DNA of 64,000 nt from Candidatus Hermodarchaeota archaeon (GTDB lineage Archaea > Asgardarchaeota > Thorarchaeia > Thorarchaeales > Thorarchaeaceae): positions 1-64,000 of the forward strand of contig JBHLLF010000005.1 of NCBI GenBank assembly GCA_048885865.1. Direction: 5' to 3'. Below the pieces are notes generated by a model, which saw only the letters and a list, made by a program, of their open reading frames with translations, had not been told where the DNA came from and searched no databases. Positions 58,306 through 64,000 of this stretch are shown here, piece by piece. Made by a program: the position numbers and the translations under genes. How positions within the stretch are numbered: position 1 is the stretch's first letter; each line of letters opens with the position of its first letter.

Positions 58306-59130
58306 TTGGATCTTGATAGACTAATGGGCCGTCCGATATCTGTAAGAGTCACCAACGTAATCGATGAGAGCGATACCACTCGAACAATCAATTTCAACTA
58401 TCCATTTAGTGACACTCATTTCCAATCCGGCCAATTCATGATGATCTGGGTTCCAGGTGTTGATGAGATTCCAATGAGTGTGTCATACTGGAATCCTCCC
58501 GATGCTGGAGTAACAGTGGCACCTATCGGTGAAGCAACCAATGCTTTGGCCTCATTGAGTGTTGGTCAGCTAATTGGAATTCGTGGACCATTTGGTACTG
58601 CTTTCAATACAGATGCCAAGAAGGCACTTGTAGTTGGTGGTGGCATAGGGATGGCACCATTGAAACCACTCACGTACGAATTACTCGACAAAGAGGCGCA
58701 TGTCACATTGCTGATTGCCGCTAGGACAAAAGGAGAAATCGTGTATTTGAATGAGTTTAAGGGTCTTGGAGGCGATAAATTCCGGCTCCAGACATCTACT
58801 GATGATGGATCTATGGGTTACAAAGGACTTGCAACCGATGCCGTCAAGGAAATTCTGGAGGGAGAAACTCCGGATACAATCTATACATGCGGTCCTGAAC
58901 TGATGATGTTGGGCCTCTACGAGCTGGCAAAGGAACACGATATCTACTTTCAAGCCTCACTAGAGCGTTTCATGAAGTGCGGATGTGGAATCTGTGGGAC
59001 TTGTGCCCTTGATCCTACGGGTGATCTCGTCTGTATCGAAGGTCCTGTCTTTGACGGTGACCAACTATCAAATATCACTGAGTTTGGAAAGTTCCATCGT
59101 GATTCAATGGGCTTAAAGAAACAGTGCTGA
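58306..59130 (+). CDS. pyrK: Dihydroorotate dehydrogenase electron transfer subunit
   Basis: GQFMMIW, RGPFG, GGGIG, CGPE.MM, MKCGCGICGTC...VCIEGPVF. Confidence 0.93.
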   Translation: MDLDRLMGRPISVRVTNVIDESDTTRTINFNYPFSDTHFQSGQFMMIWVPGVDEIPMSVSYWNPPDAGVTVAPIGEATNALASLSVGQLIGIRGPFGTAFNTDAKKALVVGGGIGMAPLKPLTYELLDKEAHVTLLIAARTKGEIVYLNEFKGLGGDKFRLQTSTDDGSMGYKGLATDAVKEILEGETPDTIYTCGPELMMLGLYELAKEHDIYFQASLERFMKCGCGICGTCALDPTGDLVCIEGPVFDGDQLSNITEFGKFHRDSMGLKKQC

Positions 59131-59132
59131 TA

Positions 59133-59300
59133 CTACCTAGTCTTGGCCTGTCCGACCAACTTCCCTTTAACAAATCGCTTTGTGAAGTTCCTCTTATTGC
59201 GAACTCGAGGAATAGGTGTGTGGCGTTCACGCCCTTTGACCTTTGGAGTTGACTCTCGGACCTTTCCAGCCTTTGTCAATGAACCATGTGAACCAGGCAT
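59133..59300 (-). CDS. rps30e: 30S ribosomal protein S30e; missing from ORF track
   Basis: Manual translation [55 protein letters not shown]; GGAGGT SD. Confidence 0.95.
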   Translation of the reverse strand: MPGSHGSLTKAGKVRESTPKVKGRERHTPIPRVRNKRNFTKRFVKGKLVGQAKTR

Positions 59301-59431
59301 ATTGTTTACCTCTCCGGTTGTATATCTGGAAAACTTGTTGTTGTTTTAAGGATTACCTTGTGGAATGGCATCTGCAACGCGCTTTGGCAGACCGCATCCT
59401 TTAACCGGATACTGGGGTCTAGCTTCTTGGA

Positions 59432-61030
59432 ATGCCTCTTTCAGATGACTATGCATTGTATAGAGAGATCATCGAATCCCTTCTTAGTTCGGAAAAGGTA
59501 CTTGACCGACGTGAGATAAATCGGATCAAGAGCAGAATCTGTGGATTGCATAAGGCATCCCGTGTCCCATCAAATGCAGATGTGTTGCAAGCGGCAATTC
59601 CTGAAGAACTAGAAATACTTCAACCCCTGATGCAGAAGCGACCTGTTCGTACAGTTTCTGGGGTCGCTGTTGTAGCTGTGATGACAGAGCCCCATAAGTG
59701 TCCTCATGGGGAGTGTGCCTATTGTCCAGGTGGACCTGATGCTGGAGTTCCACAGAGCTATACAGGTCATGAACCTGCCACAATGAGAGGATTGCAAAAC
59801 GATTTTGATTCATTTAGGCAGGTAGAGAGCAGATTAAATCAGTTAGACGCGATTGGCCACTCTGTTCAGAAGGTGGAACTAATAGTCATGGGTGGCGACT
59901 GGTGCTCAAAGGAGCCCGTCTACAGGGAGTCATTTGTCAAGGGCTGTTTCGATGCAATGAACGGAACAGTCAGCGAGAGTTTGAATGAATCACAGAAGAG
60001 GAATGAAACAGCGGAGGTTCGCAACGTAGGACTCACATTCGAAACTCGACCAGACTGGGTGAATCCCGAAAGCATCGATAGCATGCTGGAAATGGGTGCT
60101 ACCCGTGTGGAAATAGGTGTTCAAACGCTCTCGGATGAGGTTCTAGAACATGTGCAGAGAGGACATCTGCTTGAACAGACCATCGAAGCCACAAAGACGC
60201 TCAGAGATAGCGGACTGAAAGTATGCTACCATATGATGCCTGGTCTACCTGGAAATACTCCAGACTCTGACCTCGCAGACTTTGAAGCATTATTCACTGA
60301 CTCTAGGTTTCGACCAGACATGCTAAAGATCTATCCTACGCTTGTGGTGAAGAATACAAAGCTGTTCGAGTGGTGGGAACAGGGAATATACAGTCCCTAT
60401 TCTGATGATCAAGTCGTGGAACTCGTTTCTAATGCAGTCAGCAAGATGCCCGAGTATGTTCGTATCCAGAGGATGCAGAGGGACATCCCACTCCATCAGA
60501 TAGAGGCTGGTTTCAGCAAAGGAAACCTGCGAGAGCTGGTGCATGATCGAATGAGTGAGAAAGGGCTGAGAAACCCAACGATTCGATACAGAGAGATTGG
60601 CCACTTTCAGATGCGGACCGGACAAAAGGTGAGTTTTGAAGGCATTGAGCTGGTACGACGTGATTATGAGGCTGCAGATGGCCTAGAGATTTTTCTTTCC
60701 TTCGAGGAGCAAAGTCAAGATATCATCTTTGGATTCCTCAGACTTCGCATGCCCAGTGACCAGGCTCACCGTCCCGAGATCAATAGGAGTCCCTGCGTCA
60801 TTATTAGAGAGCTCAGAGTTTATGGTCCTGTTGTGGAGATAGGCGAGAGGAATCCGGATGCGTGGCAGCATTTGGGTCTAGGAGACCGCATGCTCAAAGA
60901 GGCAGAGCGAATCGCGCTCGAGGATTTCCAAGTCAACAGATTGATTGTGAACAGCGGAATTGGAGTCAAAGAATACTATCGCGCTCTTGGATTCAACGAT
61001 ACAGGACCCTACCTTGAGAAGAGAATTTAG
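59432..61030 (+). CDS. elp3: Elp3 tRNA U34 carboxymethyltransferase (radical SAM plus KAT)
   Basis: RTVSGVAVVAVM, CPHGECAYCPGG, QSYTG.EPA, ETRPD, KIYPT, WQHLGLG. Confidence 0.96.
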   Translation: MPLSDDYALYREIIESLLSSEKVLDRREINRIKSRICGLHKASRVPSNADVLQAAIPEELEILQPLMQKRPVRTVSGVAVVAVMTEPHKCPHGECAYCPGGPDAGVPQSYTGHEPATMRGLQNDFDSFRQVESRLNQLDAIGHSVQKVELIVMGGDWCSKEPVYRESFVKGCFDAMNGTVSESLNESQKRNETAEVRNVGLTFETRPDWVNPESIDSMLEMGATRVEIGVQTLSDEVLEHVQRGHLLEQTIEATKTLRDSGLKVCYHMMPGLPGNTPDSDLADFEALFTDSRFRPDMLKIYPTLVVKNTKLFEWWEQGIYSPYSDDQVVELVSNAVSKMPEYVRIQRMQRDIPLHQIEAGFSKGNLRELVHDRMSEKGLRNPTIRYREIGHFQMRTGQKVSFEGIELVRRDYEAADGLEIFLSFEEQSQDIIFGFLRLRMPSDQAHRPEINRSPCVIIRELRVYGPVVEIGERNPDAWQHLGLGDRMLKEAERIALEDFQVNRLIVNSGIGVKEYYRALGFNDTGPYLEKRI

Positions 61031-61815
61031 AACACGTGTTCCAAGAACTCACCTAGCACTCGATTGAACTCGGCGGGATTCTCTAGATTGGAGGCATGTC
61101 CAGCATCCGAAATGATAACCCTCTTTGAGCCCTCAATCAGCTCTATCATCTTGTCTGCATGCGGGAAGACCGACTTGCGCTCATTTTCACCCACTACCAC
61201 CAGCGTTGGCACTTTGATGCTGGCAAGGTCAAGCAGCTTGAAGCCATAGATGGCATCCATCAGCTTAAGGAACTCGGTCTGATTCATCCGGAGTTGTTCC
61301 TGAATCAGATACTCTCTCACATCCTCCTTCATGTCGAAGTACTTGAATGACCATCTCGCATAATCTTCAGGAGTCTTTCTTCGAATATACCATTTAATCA
61401 GACTAGCTGGGAACATCAATTTCTGAAGCTTATCTGAGAGAGTCAGGGCGGAGGCTACAGCGGTGTCCGCCAGCACAAGTCCAGCAAGCTTGGATTGATG
61501 CCTCACGGCATACTGCTGGGCTATCATCCCTCCAAGAGAGAGTCCACAGACCACGGGTCGTTCTAGCTCGAGTGCGGTTATCAGACCACTCAGATCATCT
61601 GCGAAGAGTTCACAGCTATATTTTCTGTCAGACCCACCTGACTTTCCGTGTCCCCTTATGTCGTATGTCACGACTTTGAAGCGGTCGGAGAGGTGCTTAA
61701 CCTGAGGGTGCCAGTTATCATGAGAACCAGCTGCGCCGTGGACAAACAAGATTGGTTCCCCTTCGCCAGTTATTTCATAGAAGGTTTCAATGTCATCTGT
61801 CGGGACTGAGGGCAT
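61027..61815 (-). CDS. Alpha/beta hydrolase
   Basis: VHG, DIRGHG.S, GLSLGG nucleophile elbow, GENE, AGHASNLE. Confidence 0.9.
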   Translation of the reverse strand: MPSVPTDDIETFYEITGEGEPILFVHGAAGSHDNWHPQVKHLSDRFKVVTYDIRGHGKSGGSDRKYSCELFADDLSGLITALELERPVVCGLSLGGMIAQQYAVRHQSKLAGLVLADTAVASALTLSDKLQKLMFPASLIKWYIRRKTPEDYARWSFKYFDMKEDVREYLIQEQLRMNQTEFLKLMDAIYGFKLLDLASIKVPTLVVVGENERKSVFPHADKMIELIEGSKRVIISDAGHASNLENPAEFNRVLGEFLEHVF

Positions 61816-61905
61816 GAACTGCTTGAGGATACCCTGTGAGATAAATCCTCTTTCATACAACACTTGAAAGAAGAGTTAAAACTCAGGAGCCCTTCTGAGG
61901 AAATC

Positions 61906-63177
61906 ATGAAAGAAGCTTGGCTGGTCGATTATGCGCGTACTCCTTTCTCACGATCACGTCCCAATAAGCCAGAAACTGACGTGTTCGGTGAGATCCGGGG
62001 AGATGAGCTCCTATCACGGTTACTGATGAGGTTCTTTGATGGGTCTCTAGCAAGTAAAGGAATTGAGAAGAAGGACATCGATGAGATTACCGTCGGCGTG
62101 GCCTCCGGAGTCCTTGAGAACTGGACCTATGGGGGCAAGATTCCTGCCTTCCTGTCAGGATTTCCACATGATGTTCCCTCTATCTTTGTTGACCGTCAGT
62201 GTGGGTCTGCAGGCTCTGGAATGCATATTGGTATCATGGAGATTATGACAGGATACAGCAAAACAGTGCTATCGACGGGGTTTGAGCATATGACCCGAGT
62301 GAGGGGAACGGGCGTCGAACCCAACCTATCTTTTGGCGACGAGTCGTCAGAGTTCTACCGACCCGGCCTGGATGTCGCGACTGTATTCAACATGTTGCAG
62401 ACGGCCCAAAAGCTATACGAAGAAGAGGTTCCCACCTTTACCAAGGAGGACATGGACAAATTCGGCGTCAGAAGTCATAATTTAACCGTGAAGAACCAGG
62501 AGAGCGGATGGTTCAAGGGGGAGATTATCCCTATGGAGGGACATGCGCCCGGCAATGTAGATGAACCCCTTCTAGTTGACAGGGATTTGAGTGCACGACC
62601 TTCAACGCTTGAGAAGGTCTCTACCCTGCCGAGAGTATCAACCCCCTTCTTCCTTGAGAAAAATGGTGGAAAAGAGGGCTATATCAAAAGAGAAGGTACT
62701 GATGAGGGAGTGATTACACCGGGCAATGCCTCGCCTCTCAATGCAGGTGCCACAGCCGCAGTCTTAATGGAGGCAAAGGAGGCCGAAAAGCGAGGTCTGG
62801 AACCCATGGCAAGAATAGTTTCCATGGGGTGGGCTGGAGTTGATCCAACTGTAATGGGTCGTGGTCCTGTTCCTGCAACCAAAAAGGCTCTCAAGCATGC
62901 AGGATTAAGCGTCGAAGATATAGACTACTGGGAAATAAATGAGGCCTTCTGCATTGTTGCCCTCAATTGCATGGACAAACTGAACATTCCAGAGGAGAAA
63001 GTGAATGTGATGGGTGGTTCTACTGCGATTGGACATCCTCTGGGTTCAACCATGATTAGGCTGACTGGTACTCTGGCGAGAATTCTCAAAGATAAGAAAG
63101 CGAAATACGGAGTTGCCAATGCCTGTGTGGGCGGCGGACAGGGTGTCGCCACAGTCATTGAGAATCCAGACGCCTAG
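61906..63177 (+). CDS. Acetyl-CoA C-acyltransferase (thiolase)
   Basis: DRQCGS, EINEAF, GHPLG, CVGGGQG. Confidence 0.94.
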   Translation: MKEAWLVDYARTPFSRSRPNKPETDVFGEIRGDELLSRLLMRFFDGSLASKGIEKKDIDEITVGVASGVLENWTYGGKIPAFLSGFPHDVPSIFVDRQCGSAGSGMHIGIMEIMTGYSKTVLSTGFEHMTRVRGTGVEPNLSFGDESSEFYRPGLDVATVFNMLQTAQKLYEEEVPTFTKEDMDKFGVRSHNLTVKNQESGWFKGEIIPMEGHAPGNVDEPLLVDRDLSARPSTLEKVSTLPRVSTPFFLEKNGGKEGYIKREGTDEGVITPGNASPLNAGATAAVLMEAKEAEKRGLEPMARIVSMGWAGVDPTVMGRGPVPATKKALKHAGLSVEDIDYWEINEAFCIVALNCMDKLNIPEEKVNVMGGSTAIGHPLGSTMIRLTGTLARILKDKKAKYGVANACVGGGQGVATVIENPDA

Positions 63178-63214
63178 TGTGAGCACAGCATTAAGTACGG
63201 GTTGGATGATAGTC

Positions 63215-63823
63215 ATGAATCTATTTCAAATTCTAGCAATCTGCGGAATGCTGAGTCCAATAATCTATACTCTGATGTGGATTATCGGAGGAATCATCCA
63301 ACCGGATTACAGTCATGTTCGAGATGATGTAAGTTCACTCATGGCCGTTGATGCACCTAACAAGAAGCTGTTTGACAAGTTCATCATTACGTCTAGCACT
63401 CTCCTTTTCTTCTTCTACCTTGGTCTTCATTGGGGAGTGAATAATGGAGTAGGCTCAATTATCGGGCCTATTCTATTCATAATCAGTGGCCTCTTTGGAG
63501 TGCTTGTTGCCCTTTTCTTCCCTCTTGATGCTGGCGGTGAGATTGTTACTACCCGTGGAAAGATGCACCTCATCCTGATTGTAATATCTGGGATTTTGAC
63601 AACAGCAGGGATGGTGGCAATGTGGTTTCGTTTGGAATCAGTAGTCGAGTGGAACACATTTGCTACATTTTCATTGATTACAGCAATAGTTTCCCTGATT
63701 CTTGTCATTATCTCGTCATTTACAGCCACAAGCAGATACTTCGGTCTGATTGAGAGGCTTATGGTCAGTTGCTATCAGATCTACTACTTTGCCTTGGCCT
63801 TGATGGTATTTCTGACCAATTAG
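63215..63823 (+). CDS. DUF998-family membrane protein
   Basis: PDYSH....VSSL, FPLD, GKMH, GLIERL; multiple TMs. Confidence 0.8.
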   Translation: MNLFQILAICGMLSPIIYTLMWIIGGIIQPDYSHVRDDVSSLMAVDAPNKKLFDKFIITSSTLLFFFYLGLHWGVNNGVGSIIGPILFIISGLFGVLVALFFPLDAGGEIVTTRGKMHLILIVISGILTTAGMVAMWFRLESVVEWNTFATFSLITAIVSLILVIISSFTATSRYFGLIERLMVSCYQIYYFALALMVFLTN

Positions 63824-64000
63824 TAGCAAGGATTGCTGCTGCCTTACTCGGACTATGCGAGATTCCAATGCCACAGGAAATGTGTTATCTACCGAGAGTA
63901 GTCTTGTATAGCACTTGGTCTGTCGTGGGCCCTCAGACGAACCATCTCGGTTTCTAACTCAGCATCTTCCCAATTGCCTGCCTGAGTAATCATATTGCTC

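Noticed and set aside
59128-59130. Selenocysteine read-through at pyrK (TGC-TGA) or at the SBP3 TGA (26962-26964)
   Set aside because: The pyrK extension would run antisense through rps30e; the SBP3 TGA aligns with an Arg codon in a cytoplasmic tail; no SECIS seen
63890-64000. Possible 3' end of a minus-strand gene at the window edge
   Set aside because: Only about 36 codons are visible, with no recognisable motif

Overview
This is an archaeal chromosomal window, most likely from an Asgard archaeon (Thorarchaeia-like). That assignment is inferred from the archaeal information-processing genes, eS30, an Arf-like small GTPase and a stand-alone 5S rRNA. Core genes: rpl15e/RNase P cluster, ychF, rps6e-eif2g-PIN-rpoE'-spt4-rps24e-rps27ae, ncsA, pelota, dnaG, two map paralogues, rnhB, nop5-fibrillarin, pyrD/K, rps30e and elp3. 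RNA genes: tRNA-iMet, an intron-containing tRNA-Trp and 5S rRNA. An accessory tract (about 14.7-29.3 kb) ends in four tandem, mosaic family-5 (Opp/Dpp-type) solute-binding-protein genes with no adjacent permease or ATPase. The most notable unexplained feature is a ~170-bp element repeated before each of the four genes. It starts with a ~20-bp inverted copy of the 3' end of the neighbouring tRNA-iMet, a motif also found alone at 18493. It continues with a TATA-like box and a ~95-nt multi-stem leader whose substitutions mostly preserve + strand pairing, and its closing stem abuts the Shine-Dalgarno (SD) sequence. It is a candidate new cis-regulatory RNA and/or cassette-amplification unit. Other structured non-coding candidates are a ~315-nt dnaG leader with AUCA repeats, an eL15-type ribosomal-protein leader and several palindromic operators. 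All annotations come from reading motifs by eye; no searches were run.
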